64,000 nucleotides of DNA from Eledone cirrhosa (taxonomy: Eukaryota): positions 12,586,001-12,650,000 of the forward strand of contig OZ024753.1 of NCBI GenBank assembly GCA_964016885.1. The letters are read 5' to 3'. This document shows, piece after piece, positions 25,140-40,270 of this stretch; positions within the stretch are counted from its first letter, which is position 1, and each line of letters begins with the position of its first letter. The notes below the pieces were generated by a model. The model was not told the origin of the DNA and did not search any database. It saw nothing but the letters and a program-made list of their open reading frames with translations. Made by a program: the position numbers and the translations under genes.

Positions 25140-28100
25140 GTTGCCCGTGAACCCTCACAACACCGTGGAGATCATACTTCACTGGTTCTCTTTGAACATG
25201 GCTGCGACTGTGGCTCCTGAGACCAGATTTGCTCAAGCAAATTTTTCCACACTTAGGGCACTTCAATTCAATGGAGACACCGATTGTTTCGAGAGATACA
25301 CTAGGGCATTGCTTACGCACATCGCGTTTGATTTTCTCGTGCTCTATGCGTCTGTCCTCAACATTATGGACCCCATCATTCACCATTCCACGCTAAGTTT
25401 CTCTTTCAAGAGTTTCTATCTCCGAGTCAGCCATCATCAAACCAGTTTCTTTTAACGAGTCCTTAACACAATCCTTGAATCGGAGCTTTGGCTTGTGAGG
25501 TGCTCTCTTACCCTCTCAAAGCTCGCCATACAAGAGTTGTTTTGGGATTCGATCATCCTCCATTCTGCAGAGGTGTCCGGTCCATCGTAAACGCCGTTGG
25601 TGGATGATACTCTCAATGCTCCGACACTCACTTCTCTCAAAGACCTCAACATCACCCACATGCATCTGCCACTTGATACCGAGCATATTTCTGATACACT
25701 GCTGGTGAAACCGTTCCAGTCTGTGGATATGCTGTTTGTAGGCAACCCATGTCTCACATGCATACAGCAAAGCTGACAGTACACATGCAGCATACAGCCT
25801 CACCTTGGTTCTCATTGTGATTCCTCGCCTGCACCAAAGACGGTCGTTGAGCCTTCCAAATGACCCACTTGCCTTACTAACACGTAGACCAACTTCTGCA
25901 TCCAGAGAGCAGGTCACACTCAGACTACTCCCCAAATATACAAAGTGTCAGCAGACTTCAGCTTTTGACCGTATATGTGTATGGAGGGTTCATTGAAAAC
26001 TTTATCCGGAGCAGGTTGGTACAGGACGACAGTCTTCTTCAGACTGATTGTCAGTCCCAAAGCACTGCACGCATTGGAAAAAGAATCCATAAGGTGTTCC
26101 ATGTCACTCTGGGAGTGTGCAAAGAGATCACAATCATATGCATATACAAATTCTCTGATCAAGGTACTCAGTACTTTAGTGTTGACAGTGCGACGCTTAA
26201 GGTTAAACAGCCCGCCGGAAGTGCGATATCTGAGATAGATACCGTGTTGACAATCCTTGAAGGCCACGAAGAACACCATCGCGAAATAGAAGGCAAACAA
26301 AGTCGGTGCAGGTATATCACCCTGCTTGACAACATTTTCAACCCAGATTGGCTCTGACTGTTTACCTCCAACATTCACCCATGCCCGCATGTCATTGTGG
26401 AAGAGTTTCAGAATGTTCACAAACTTTTCAGGACAGCCCAATCTCTCCAAAATAACTCACAAAGCCTTCCGATTGACGGTGTTAAATGCCTTGGTCAGAT
26501 CGACAAAAACTTGGTATAAGTCCATGCGCTGCTCAATGCATTTCTCTTGAAGTTGTTTGGCCGAGAAGATCATGTCAACAGTGCCTCTGCCATTCCTAAA
26601 GCCACATTGGTACTCAGGAAGTACCTCAACAACAATGTGCTGTATCAATCTGTCCAACAATATCCTGCACAAGATCTTCCCAGCCACAGATAGCAGTCAT
26701 TGTTGCCACAGTCATCTTTGGCTCCCTTTCCTTGGTAAAGTACCACCATCAATTCATCTTTCCAATCCTGTGGCACATCTTCTTCATTCCAAACATTCAC
26801 AAAGAGATCAATGAGGCGGTTTAAGACGTTATCACCAGCACACTTGAAAATCTCGGCACTCAGTCCATCCATTCCAGGTGACTTGCCGCTGTTTAATTTG
26901 GCAATGCTCTTCGCGACCTCATTAACTGAAGGAGGGTCAGCCATTTCCAGCGTTGTAGGTCTGGATGGAATCAACCGGATAAACTCATCATCAAATTCTG
27001 ATGGTCTGTTGAGAAGCTCATCAATGTGGTCATGCAACCTGATCAGGATTTCCTTCGGATTTCTAAACAATTCCTTGCCGTCCCCGGAGCGAAGTGGTCG
27101 GATCGTACACCTCTCTGAGCAGACTGTATAGGAGCTTTGTATCATGTCTATCTGAGGCCTTCTGGATTTCATCAGCCTTTTGGCTCTACCAAGTACCCTG
27201 CATGGCTCTGAATCGATGTTGCAAACGTGCCTTGATCTGCCTGAAGATCCAGTCACTCCCGTCAGAACGTGCCTCACACAACAATGATGTCAGCACTTTT
27301 TGTTTCTCTTCAAGCAAGGTCTGGATCACTGGATCATTTTCATCGAACCAGTCTTCATGCTTTCTATTGGTATGACCCAGAACTCCAGCACTAACATCAT
27401 AGACGGTTTTCTTCAATGATTCCCAAGTGTTTTCACATTCCATGGACTCTAGGGACCTCGACAGCTCAGCTCTGATTTTCTGTTTTCAGACGAGCCACGT
27501 TTAGTTTATTTGGAAGTGCAACCTTGTTCCCCCTTACTTTAGGCTTCACAACAAATTGAAACTTGGCGCGCACCAGACGATGATCAGTCCAACATTCCGC
27601 GCCTCACAATACACGAACCAACGTGATATCCCTGACATCACGTCTTCTCGTTAAAACGAAGTCAATAAGGTGCCACTTCTTTGAACCTGGATGCATCCAT
27701 GTTGTCTTATATTTGTCTTTCTGTTGAAAGAGCGTGTTCCCAAAAAGATCCATCTAAGTGCACATCTGCAACAGAAGTAGGCCATTGTTATTGCACTTAC
27801 CTACTCCATGCCTGCCCATCACACTCCAAGCTTCCCAGTCATTACCAACACGTGCATTAAAATCACGAGGATGGCCATCTTGTCTGCATAAGGTATACCA
27901 TGGATGACCTTTCTCAAAGACATGTAGAAACTTAGTGTTTCATCATCACAAGCACACATAGTAGGAGCGTACACATTGACCAGAGTCACAAAGCGGTTTT
28001 GAATCAGAGGGACTCTCATGGACATTATCCGATCATTGAATACACAAGGAAGATTTTCCAGCTTTGAGACGATTCCATCCTGACTGCAAATGCGACCCCT

Positions 28101-28945
28101 GTCTTTCTCCTACAACCCTCTGCTCCACCACTCCAATACAAGGTATGTCCTCCCTTCTGTTCTCTGAATTGACCCTCACCTGTCAATCTCGTTTCGGAAA
28201 GAGCAACGATGTCCATGCTATAGCGATTGAGTTCCCTCGACACCAAAGCAGATCTTCTCTCATGGCGAGTTTTACTGCTGGAATCCAGTAAAGTTCTTAC
28301 ATTCCAACAACCAATATTCAGAGGTTTGAACCTCCTTGCAGTTGTAGGATGACGACTGGGCCCATGCTGCGGTGCCATGGGACACCTGCCGGGCCAGACC
28401 CCTTCACAATAAGTTCCAGAGCCCTTACTGCCATTGACCTCACGGTTATCATCTGTCATCATAGAGTTTGGTGCACTTTTAGGCTATCGCCAACCACACG
28501 AACCAGTAACAGATCCTGAACAAGCGATGCCTGTGCTTTTAAGGTTTTTTTAAGTGGAGAAAGGCCTTGCACGCGACCAATCCCACTCTCTGCGCATCGA
28601 AAACACTACTCGAAAAGGAGCATTGGTCAACATCCTCGGATGCTTCCAAAGCTGAGGGTTTTTTTTTCAGAGTTTGCCTCTGCCAAAAAGGTGTTGTGAC
28701 AAGAACAGGAGGCCCTTCACTCCCAGGTAAAAAGAAAACAAAAGTACTATTTGGATGGCCGTTGACTCTGCTGAGTTCCTCCGCCCTTTGACGGGTCTTG
28801 TATTTCATCCCGCAGTGTGTCCAAAGATAACCCTCCTCACCAAGCAAACTTGGTGGTGTTGCCGGTTTAGTCGCCGACGACCCGACCATGAGTCAGGTAG
28901 TACTGCGTTACATGTTACCAGTAACACTCGAGAGCGGCCAGGATG
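25137..28945 (-). mobile_element. Full-length but degenerate RTE-clade (BovB-like) LINE
   Basis: EN: LNIGCWNVRTLLD..ERRSALVSRELNRY..DIVALSETRL; RT: KSPGMDG, QCGFRNGRGTVDMIF, FVDLTKAF, KQGD..APTLF, YAYD; RRLRWTGHL; terminal CPKC..H..H; many frameshifts; 3' end in (TA)n. Confidence 0.92.
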
Positions 28946-29699
28946 TTTAGATGGTTCTGTAGCATGGCCAGGATACTTGGAATATGCGCATTGGGTTTCT
29001 AAATCTTGCGCTTGCACATTCTACTACATCCAAATCAAGAAAAAAAATGGCCATCAGTTCGTAGAATTTTACAAGCTTTACAAAACTCTTGCTAAATGGT
29101 TTAACATTGGACAATAGCAGCTTTCCGAAAGGTAACGTAGATTTTTATATTATGTTGAGATATTTTTGTAAATCTTTCCCTAGTAATCTCCTTCGTATGA
29201 TATACTATTTACACATACCTAGTTCTCTTGTTAACGTATTCGTAATGAAATACACACCCACATGTTTTGATACATTGCGAATATAATAAAATTTAACATT
29301 TTTTTATTAAAAAAATATGTATCTAGTATAGTTTAAAAATTCTTCCTGGGGTAGTTACTTTGTCTTTATCAAATCCTTCTGTCGACTATTTCTCTCCATC
29401 ACTATGCGGTTATCTTCCTCTCCAGATCTAAGTTATTCCCAATTAGCAATCGAAAGTGGTGGTTTGAAGTGTTCGAAGTTGCCCAGCTCTTGCGATCTTT
29501 CCGAGGTGCACACAATAAGTCCAGCTGTTCTCCATCTATGTTTTAAACCCTTTTTCTCCCATTTGACTTTGCCGATGGGGGGGGGGGGACTTATCTCCCG
29601 CCTTGTAATGTCGTACATTAAATTCTATACATCTAAGTTTTGTTTCCGTCTTAATAGGCCAGGAACAGAGTACGTCTGTTCTTCTGGTAATCATGGTCG

Positions 29700-30075
29700 A
29701 AGTATTGATCAGTGTTAACAGATCGATATCGATTAGCTTTTCCCCACGTGAATTCTCAATCATTAGGTCAGAGAGTGACATCCTGGGCAAGTGTCATCAT
29801 AGCCTTCAGTTGACCCATGGCCCGTCAGTGAAATTTAGTAGACAGAAACTGTCTGGAAGTGGTCTTCACTGGACCCTCTGCAACAAGGTACTTCTAATAA
29901 AACTTGTCATCGAACCAGTCTCTGTGTTTTGTCTTCCTAATATAAAGTTCATTAGCCTCAATACTATAAACTTGTGTTTTAAACTCTTCCCAAATTCCAC
30001 CAAAGATGACGCTGTCATGTGCATTTCTAAACTTTTCAGTTATGACACATCTATACGTTTTGGCACTTGTATACC
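29700..30075 (-). mobile_element. Old RTE-like LINE fragment (duplicated at ~34010-34215)
   Basis: WEEFKTQVY....L....TKHRDWFDD resembles WESLKKTVY....LG..NRKHEDWFDE of the RTE. Confidence 0.65.
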
Positions 30076-31779
30076 TGCTGCCTTCAATATATACACATAC
30101 ATATATATATATATATACACATTTATATATGAGCATAAATATATATATCTACATGCATACACACACATATATATATATACATACTCATATATTCACGCCT
30201 GTATATATATACACACACAGCATGTGCACGATGGGAGATTCAGCATATACATATACACACATTCGTAATAAAACTCTAATTACCAAAATAGGTATATGAA
30301 ATTATAATTACTAAAATCTAAGGTTTGCATCTTATTTCCAGAAACAGATCTACCTGTAATATATATGTTCACCAACTTGACATAAGTATATTTATTTCCA
30401 TAACATTTGTTCCGTATATCTGTTCAAAATTACTTTATATATAGAAACGGAATGAGAGATAACACACGAAATATATTTTGAGTGTGTTACCTCCCTTTCT
30501 TTCCGTTTGTATATTTTTTTATGTTTACAAAATTCTTCCAACTTTGTTTTTTATTATAGAGACATTAATGATTCTGAAGAGAGAAACTAAGAATGTAGAT
30601 GAAGTGTCTTAAGAAAGAAACTAAGAATCTAAATGAAGTGTCTCAAAAAAGAAACTAGGAAGTTTCTTTAGAATGAAAGTAAGAATGTAAATGAAGTGTC
30701 TAAAAATGAGAAACTAAGAATGAAGTGTCTTAAGAAACCAAGAATGTAAATGAAGTGTCTAAAAATGAGAAACTAAGAATGAAGTGTCTTAAGAAACCAA
30801 GAATGTAAATGAAGAGTAAAAAAAAAAATCTATATGAAATGTGTGATTTTGAAAGTGTAAAAAAAAAATCTATATGAAATGTGTGATATTGAAAGTGTAA
30901 AAAAAAAAAATCTATATGAAATGTGTGTTTTCGAAAGTGTAAAATAAATTCTATATGAACGTGTTTTAGAAAGTGTAACAAAAAAAATCTATTTGAAACG
31001 TCTGTTTTTGAAGTGTTTTGCTCAAGACCGGTCTGAAAATCGAACTCACGATTGTAAAGCCGAAGACTTTACATAAACACTTTGCGCATGCGCATTGCTG
31101 TGTACATTTTCGGCACATGCGTACTTAGGTAACTCTGTTTTGAAAAAATAAGGTGGCTGCTTGAAGAACTCCATGTTTTCCAACGCGGTTAAAAAAATTG
31201 GATTTTTACTATTTTTACGCAGGTAAAGTAAAGTTTTATTGAAACATTCTATGTTGATTTCCTTCCATAATGTCAACAATAATTGTTTAAACGGTAGGTT
31301 TGTTTAGTTTCTGCCATACCAAATAGCGTATTTTTTTTATTATTATTTAAGTTAGTAATTAATACATTTCTAGTTCCCTTCATGATATCGTCGTATTTTG
31401 TTGTCAATTCGTTTTGGAGGATTTGCTGCAGTCACACATGATGTTGATTGTTATATTCAGGTTATTAATATTAACCAGAATCTTTTGAGATCTGCCGTCT
31501 TTAGTCAGGGTAGATGTTACCCCCCTCTCATTTAGGTCATAAATCAAAAATTTTGAACGAATTTTTTTTAGACATAATCATCAAATATTAACTGTTGATC
31601 AGCTTTAATTAGATCGTTGTCACTTTAACTATTAACCTCCGTAACATAGAACCATTTACTGGCGATTTCCCGATGTTTATCGCTTTGATCGTTAAACCTT
31701 ATCTCATCAACGGTTGGATCATTCATTATCTCTGTTACAGTCTCCTTTGGCAGCAGTCCATTAATAATTTCCTCATCAT

Positions 31780-32390
31780 GTTTTTGAAAGTGTAAACAAA
31801 ATCTATATGAAATGTGTGTTTTTGAAAGTGTAAAAAAAATCTATATAACAAATGTGTGTTTTTGAAAGTGAAAAAAGAAATCTATATAACAAATGTGTGT
31901 TTTTGAAGGTGTAAAAAAAAATCTATGTAACAAATGTGTGTTTTTGAAGGTGTAAAAAAAAATCTATGTAACAAATGTGTGTTTTTGAAAGTGTAAAAAA
32001 AAATCTATATGAAATGTGTGTTTTTGAAAGTGAAAAAGAAAATCTATATGAAATGTGTGTTTTTGAATGTGTAAAAAAAAATATATATAACAAATGTGTT
32101 TTTGAATGAGTAAAAAAAAATCTATATAATATATATGTGTTTTTGAAAGTGAAAAAAAAATGTATATGAAATGTGTGTTTTTGAAAGTGTAAAAAAAAAT
32201 CTATATGAAATGTGTGTTTTTGAAAGTGTAAAAAAAAAAATCTATATCAAATGTGTTTTTGAAAGTGTAAAAAAAAAAATCTATATGAAATGTGTGTTTT
32301 CGAAAGTGTAAAAAAAATTCTATATGAAACGTGTGTTTTTGAAAGTGTAAAAAAAAAAATCTATATGAAACGTCTGTTTTTGAAGTGTTT
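31780..32390. repeat. ~38-41-bp AT-rich tandem repeat (shorter run at 30825-31010)
   Basis: gaaagtgtaaaaaaaatctatatgaaatgtgtgttttt repeated ~15 times. Confidence 0.9.
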
Positions 32391-32759
32391 TGCTCAAGAC
32401 CGGTCTCAAAATCGAACTCACGATTGTAAAGCCGAAGAGTTTACATAAACACTTTGCGCATGCGGTCTACCTTTTCGGCACATGCGTACTTAGGTAACTC
32501 TGTTTAGAAAAAATAAGGTGGCTGCTTGAAGAACTTCATGTTTTCCAACGCGGATAATAAAATTGGATTTTTACCATTTTTACGCAGGTAAAGTAAAGTT
32601 TTATTGAAACATTCTATGTTGATTTCCTTCCATAATGTCAACAATAATTATTGAAACGGTAGGTTTGTTTAGTTTCTGCCATACGAAATAGCGTATTTTG
32701 TTTATTATTATTTAAGTTAGTAAATAACATATTTCTAGTTCCCTTCATGATATCGTCGT

Positions 32760-34215
32760 GTTTTATCGCTTTGGTCGTTAACCTTATCTCATCAACGGTT
32801 GGATCATTCATCATCTCTGTTACAGTCTCCTTTGGCAGCAGTCCATTAATAATTTCCTCATCAACTACAGATGAGTTGTCAAACAGATCTTTAGTGTGTT
32901 CAATCCACCTACTTATGATACCTGATGGATCTTTGATGAGGAGGTTCCCATCTTAAATAAATATATGTATTTTTGAGCGTTGTGGCCCAATATCTGCCTT
33001 AGTGTGCTGTATAATGCCTTCAAGTCTCTTCAAATATAACCCCTCTGCATCTTGCTGAGTGATTTGGAGCCTCGTGAAATAAAGTGTCTTGCTCAAGAAG
33101 ACACCGCAAAGCCTGGTCTGAGAATCGATCTAAGGATGTCTTCACATAAATACTTTGCGCATTGATGTGTACTTCGTGTGACTCTGCTGCTCAGCACACT
33201 TCTCCATAAGCTGCCTGACTGAGAAAATCATGTCCATAGTACCCCACCCAGATCTGAATCCACACTGGGTCTCAGGGATGGGACCAGGGCAGAACCATTT
33301 TATTAGACGATTCAGCAAAACCTTGGATAAGATTTTCCTACCGATTTGAGCAGACTTATACCACGATAATCACCACATTCCGACTTGGAGCCCTTGCAAA
33401 TCGAGAGCAAAATTGCATCTACTCAGTCTCGCAGGAGGGGCTCACCATGCCATACAGATAAGACTAGCCCATGAATAGCCATAGTAACATTGTTTCCTCT
33501 AAAGCGAATCAGCTCAACAAGTATGCTATCCCAAATTGAAGATATCTCTTTGATAGTAAACCTTATCTCATCAAAGGTTGGATCATCCATCATCTCTGTT
33601 ACAGTCTCCCTTTGTGGCAGTCCCTTAATCATTTCCTCATCAATTACAGATGGGTTGTCAAAGAGATCTTTAGAGTGTTCAATCTCCCGACTCATGATAC
33701 CTGATGGATCTTTGATGCGGAGGTTCCCATCTTAAATAAATGTTTATACATATATATATTTGAGAGTTGTGGACCAAAACCCTGCCTTCAGGTCTCTTCA
33801 GTTTTACGCCTCTCCATCTCTGACAACCCATCTGTAATTGATGCGGAAATTATTAATGGACTGCTGCAAAATGAGATTGTAACAGAGATGATGAATGATC
33901 CAACCTTCAGATCTCTTCAGTTATAAGCCAGGTTCATCTTTGCTGAAACTTCAGACCATCATATCATCTTTACCTTTCGTGTTTTATTTTGCTTCTTTGA
34001 AGGCTTTCTCAAAAGTGGTCTTCACTGGACTCTCTGTAACAAGGTACTTCTGATAAAACTTATTCTTGTCATCGAACCAGTCTCTGTGTTTTGTCGTCTT
34101 AATATAAAGTTCATCAGCCCCAACACTATAAACTTGTGTTTTAAACTCTTCCCAAGTACCACCAAAGACGACGCTGTCAAGTGCATTTCTAAACATCTAT
34201 ACGTTTTGGCACTTA
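32760..34215 (-). mobile_element. Rearranged RTE-like RT fragments
   Basis: DLFDNPSVIDEEMIKGLPQRETVTEMMDDPTFDEI; PETQCGFRSGWGTMDMIFS at ~33220-33280. Confidence 0.7.
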
Positions 34216-37200
34216 AGGTTTGCATCTTATTTCCAGAAACAGATCTACCTGTAATATCTGTGTTACTAGCTTGACATAAATATATTTATTTCCATAAAAA
34301 TTGTTCCGTATATATGTTCAAAATTACTTTATAGATAGAAATGGAATGAGAGTGAGATAACACACGAAATATATTTTGAGGCGTGTTACCTCCCTTTCTT
34401 TCCGTTTCTATATATATATTTTTTAAATAAGCAAAATTTTACCTATATGTATCATTAATTTACTTAGTAGAATTGATGTTTGGCGTGGCGATGCGCGCAG
34501 CGGCTCGGACTGCGTCGCCTACATATGTATATGTCGTTTCCATACTATGTGTCGGAAGTTCGAATCGTTGTGGTGTGCACGTGGCTACGGCGGCTGGGAC
34601 TATTTGCAGGCTGGCTATATGCACGCGAAGAATCCGTCTTATCCCCTTTTGCTCAAAAATGTTATTAGAGTCATCTCCCCTCATGTAACTCTTCTCTTTT
34701 TTCAATTGACTTCCGGTTGTTTGAAAGAAAAACACTTTGGATATTTTTCTCATGTGAATAGGTACGTAATGTTTTCTTTGCTGTACACTAGGACTAATAT
34801 AAGAAACTAAACCTTCTCTCTACACACATACACTTTATAAGATACACACTTTATGTCAATAACTCTCTTTGCTGTATATTAGGACTATCTAAGAAACTAA
34901 ACCTTCTCTCTATACACATACATTTTATTAGATACACTCTTTATGTTAATAACTCTCTCTTTGCTGTATACTAGGACTATCTAAGAAAATAAACCTTCTC
35001 TCTATACACATACATTTTATTAGATACACACTTTATGTTAATAACTCTCTCTATACACATACATTTTATAAGATACACACTTTATGTCAATAACTCTCAC
35101 ATCTGGCATATCGTGTTCATGTGAAGAGGTATTTTATATTTTATTTAATGTGGCTTTCTGGCAAATCGACACATGCTTTCTTTTAAACTAAAAACTACAC
35201 ATACAAATGGTGTTACCTCTTCTAAAAACCATTCTAAGAAACGAAACTAAGCCATCTGGATAATATAGACATACTTTCTAAGAAGTATAAACCTCATATC
35301 TTTCTTTATTGTCAAAATTCGCAGATATTCTTGAAACACAAAACCTTCTTTTCTATACATATATATCTTTTTCCTTCCAAGAAACAAAACGAAATCTACA
35401 TTTTTCTTACACACGTGTCCATTCTACGTAGAGAGAAACATTTTGTTGTCAATAGTGGGTGTAGCTCCACTGATGTCTAATTAATTCCTACTGCTGAGTG
35501 ATTTGTAGCAACGTGAAATAAAGCGTCTTGGTCAAGAAAATCGAACTCACGATTATAAAGCCGAAAACTTCATATGTGTGTTTTTGAAAGTGTTAAAAAA
35601 AAAAAATGTATGTTTTTGAAGTGTCTTGCTCAAGACCGGTCTGAAAATCGAACTCGCGATTCGAAAGCCGAAAACTTCATATAAACACTTTGCGCATGGG
35701 CATTGCTGTCTACCTTTTCAGCACATGCGTACTTAGGTAACTCTTAGAAAAAATAAGATGGTTGCTTGAAGAACTTCATGTTTTCCAACGTGGATATGAA
35801 AAAAATTGGATTTTTACCATTTTTACGGAGGTAAGGTAAAGTTTTATTGAAACATTTTATGTTTATTTCCTTCGATAATGCAATAATTATTTAAATGTTA
35901 GTTTCTGCCACACACTACATTCTATTGTAGTACAAAACCACATATTTCTCGGCCATACTAAATAGCGTATTCTTTTTATTATTATTTAAGTTTGTAAATA
36001 ATATATTTCTAGTTCCCTTCAAGATATCCCCGAGCTTTGTTGTAAATTCGTCATGATCCTGTCACCCTGAATCTGCTAATTTATTTATTCTTCGTTCTGG
36101 CAGAATCTCCCAGCTACTTTAATGTGTCCACTTCTTTTCAAATCTTCCACATGATGTTGGTTGAATATTAGACCCGTATCGAAACTTAAGTTTTGAGCGA
36201 TTTTTATTTTCGAAACTTCATCCACATTCTGAATCTGCTAATTTATTTATTCTTCGTTCTGGCAGAATCTCCTATCTACTTTAAGGTGTCCACATGATGT
36301 CGGTTGAAAATTACACCCGTATCGAAACTTAAGTTTTGAAAGATTTCTTTTTAGAAACATCCTTTACCTTATTTAGAAACTTCATCCACATTTTTAGTTT
36401 CTTTCTTAAACTTTATTTACATTCTTAGTTTCTTTCATTAGACACTTCATTTATATTTCTAGTTTCTTTCTTAAGAAACTTCATCTACATCCTTAGATTT
36501 TTCTTTCTTTAGACACTTCATCCCTATTCTTCCCATTCTTAGTTTCTTTTTCTTTAGACACTTCATTTACATTCTTTCTAAAGAAACTTCCTAGTTTCTT
36601 TTTTGAGACACTTCATTTAGATGTTGTTTTTTTTCATTTATAGTTTCTTTCTTAAACTTTATTGACATTTCTAGTTTTTCTTAAGAAACTTCGTCTACAT
36701 TTTTACTTTCTTTCTTAAGAAACTTCATCCACATCCTTAGATTTTTCTTTCTTTAGACGCAACTACATTCTTAGTTTCTAACATTAACCAGAATCGTTTG
36801 AGATCTGTCGTCTTACTTCATTTAGATTCTTAGTTTCTTTCTCAAGAAACTTCCTCTACATTCTTAGTTTCTCTCTTCAGGCACATCAATGTCTATATAA
36901 TAAAAAACAAAGTTGGAAGAATTTTGTAAACATTCTTTTTATTGACAACGTACGTAAATGGCTTTAATAGATATTCTTATTTCATTTCTTTTTACAGATA
37001 TCCAGCCTCCTATGTCATGTGTTGTTTGCCGTAACAGGTGGGAATAACGAAGTCTCATTTAATAAAGAAAGTTTACAGATGTCCAGCCTTCTGCTGTATT
37101 GTTTGCTGTAACAAGTGGGAATGACGAAGTTTCTGTTAATAAAGAATATTTACATACTATATACGATTTGTCTTCAGTTTATTTTGACAAAAATGAATAA

Positions 37201-37736
37201 AGAAAGTTTACATATTATATACGAGTTATGTTCACTATATTTTGACAAAAATGAATAAAGAAATCAAGAGACTAAATGAAGAAACAAGGAAGTTCTTTGG
37301 AAAGAGTGTAAGTAAATTGTCTAAAAAAGGAAACAATGAAGTTTCTGAAGTAATGAAGTGTTTAAAAAAAAGGACTAGGAATATAAATGAAGTTTTTTAA
37401 GAAAGTAAGAGTGTAGATGAAGTGTCTTAGAAAAAGAAACTAAGAATACGAATGAAGTTTCTTAAGAAAGAATGTAGATAAAGTGTCTAAAAAGAAACTA
37501 AGAATCTAAATCAGGTTTCTTAATAAAGAATGTAGATTAAGTGTCTAAAAAAAGAATCTAAATAGAGTTTCTTAAAGTGAGAGTGTAGTGTCTAAAAAGA
37601 AATTAAGAATCTAAATGAAGTGTCTAAAAAAAGAAACTAGGAATCTAAATAAAGTTTCTTAAGAAAGTGTCTAAAAAAAGAAACTAAGAATGTAAATGAA
37701 GTTTCTTAAAGAATGTAGATGAAGTGTCTGAAAAGA

Positions 37737-40270
37737 ATCTATATGATATGAGTGTTTTTGAAAGGTCGAAAAAAATTTCTATATGAAATGTGTGTTTTTG
37801 AATAGTCAAAAAAAATTTCTATATGAAATGAGTGTTTTTTGAAAAGTCTAAAAAATAATCTATATGAAATGTGTGTTTTTGAAAAGTCGAACAAAATTTC
37901 TATATGAAATGTGTGTTTTTGAATAGTCGAAAAAAAAATCTATATGAAATGTGTGTTTTTGAAAAGTCGAAAAAAATTTCTATATGAAATGTGTGTTTTT
38001 GAAAAGTCGAAAAAAATTTCTATATGAAATGAGTGTTTTTGAAAAGTCGAAAAAAAAATCTATATGAAATGTGTGTTTTTGAAAAGTCGAAAAAATAATC
38101 TATATGAAATGTGTGTTTTTGAAAAGTCAAAAAAAATTTCTATATGAAATGTGTGTTTTTCAAAAGTCGAAAAAAATTTCTATATGAAATGAGTGTTTTT
38201 GAAAAGTCGAAAAAAATTTCTATATGAAATGAGTGTTTTTGAAAAGTCGAAAAAAAAATCTATATGAAATGTGTGTTTTTGAAAAGTCGAAAAAATAATC
38301 TATATGAAATGTGTGTTTTTGAAAAGTCGAAAAAAATTTCTATATGAAATGTGTGTTTTTGAAAAGTCGAAAAAATAATCTATATGAAATGTGTGTTTTT
38401 GAAAAGTCGAAAAAAATTTCTATATGAAATGAGTGTTTTTGAAAAGTCGAAAAAATAATCTATATGAAATGTGTGTTTTTGAAAAGTCAAAAAAAATTTC
38501 TATATGAAATGAGTGTTTTTGAAAAGTCGAAAAAATAATCTATATGAAATGTGTGTTTCTGAAAAGTCGAAAAAAATTTCTATATGAAATGAGTGTTTTT
38601 GAAAAATCAAAAAAAAATCTATATGAAATGTGTATTTTTGAAAAGTCGAAAAAAATTTCTATATGAAATGAGTGTTTTTGAAAAGTCGAAAAAAAAATCT
38701 ATATGAAATGTGTGTTTTTGAAAAGTAAAAAAAAATTTCTATATGAAATGTGTGTTTTTGAAAAGTCGAAAAAAATTTCTATATGAAATGAGTGTTTTTG
38801 AAAAGTCTAAAAAAAAATCTATATGAAATGTGTGTTTTTGAAAAGTCGAAAAAATAATCTATATGAAATGTGTGTTTTTGAAAAGTCAAAAAAAATTTCT
38901 ATATGAAATGCGTGTTTTTCAAAATCGAAAAAAATTTCTATATGAAATGAGTGTTTTTGAAAAGTCGAAAAAAATTTCTATATGAAATGAGTGTTTTTGA
39001 AAAGTCGAAAAAAAAATCTATATGAAATGTGTGTTTTTGAAAAGTCGAAAAAATAATCTATATGAATTGTGTGTTTTTGAAAAGTCGAAAAAAATTTCTA
39101 TATGAAATGTGTGTTTTTGAAAAGTCGAAAAAATAATCTATATGAAATGTGTGTTTTTGAAAAGTCGAAAAAAATTTCTATATGAAATGAGTGTTTTTGA
39201 AAAGTCGAAAAAAAAATCTATATGAAATGTGTGTTTTTGAAAAGTCAAAAAAAATTTCTATATGAAGTGAGTGTTTTTGAATAGTCGAAAAAAATTTATA
39301 TATGAAATGAGTGTTTTTGAAAAGTCGAAAAAAATTTCTATATGAAATGAGTGTTTTTGAAAAGTCGAAAAAAAAATCTATATGAAATGTGTGTTTTTGA
39401 AAAGTCGAAAAAATTTCTATATGAAATGCCTGTTTTTGAAAAGTCGAAAAAAATTTCTATATGAAAATGAGTGTTTTTGAAAAGTCGAAAAAAAAATCTA
39501 TATGAAATGAGTGTTTTTGAAGAGTCAAAAAAAAAAATCTATATGAAATGTGTGTTTTTGAAAAGTCAAAAAAAAATTCTATATGAAATGTGTGTTTTTG
39601 AACAGTCGAAAAAAAAATCTATATGAAATGTGTGTTTTTGAAAAGTCAAAAAAAATTTCTATATGAAATGTGTTGTCGAAAAAAATTTCTATATGAAATG
39701 AGTGTTTTTGAAAAGTCAAAAAAAATCTATATGAAATGTGTTTTTGAAAAGTCAAAAAAAAATTATATATGAAATGTGTGTTTTTGAAAAGTCGAAAAAA
39801 AAAAATCTATATGAAATGTGTGTTTTTGAAAAGTCAAAAAAAATTTCTATATGAAATGAGTGTTTTTGAAAAGTCGAAAAAAAAATCTGTATGAAATGTG
39901 TGTTTTTGCCAAATCGAAACAAATTTCTATATGAATTAAGTGTTTTTGAAAAGTCGAAAAAAAAAAATCTATATGAAATGTGCGTTTTCGAAAAGTCGAA
40001 AAAAATTTCTATATGAAATGAGTGTTTTTGAAAAGTCGAAAAAAATTTCTATATGAAATGTGTGTTTTTGAAAAGTCGAAAAAAAAATCTATATGAAATG
40101 TGTGTTTTTGAAAAGTCGAAAAAAATTTCTATATGAAATGAGTGTTTTTGAAAAGTCGAAAAAAAAATCTATATGAAATGTGTGTTTTTGAAAAGTCGAA
40201 AAACATTTCTATATGAAATGAGTGTTTTTAAAAGGTCGAACAAATTTTATATATGAAATTAGTGTTTTTG
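37737..40270. repeat. 40-bp satellite array, ~63 units
   Basis: gaaaagtcgaaaaaa(at)(ta)tctatatgaaatg(t/a)gtgttttt; period 40 visible in the line phasing. Confidence 0.95.

Noticed and set aside
28820-28945. HDV-like or twister ribozyme in the RTE 5' UTR
   Set aside because: Only a gaggagggt segment is suggestive; I could not build the pseudoknots by eye
37737-40270. 40-bp and 71-bp (23720-24730) arrays as CRISPR-like
   Set aside because: Units are contiguous with no unique spacers, no cas genes are present and the context is eukaryotic
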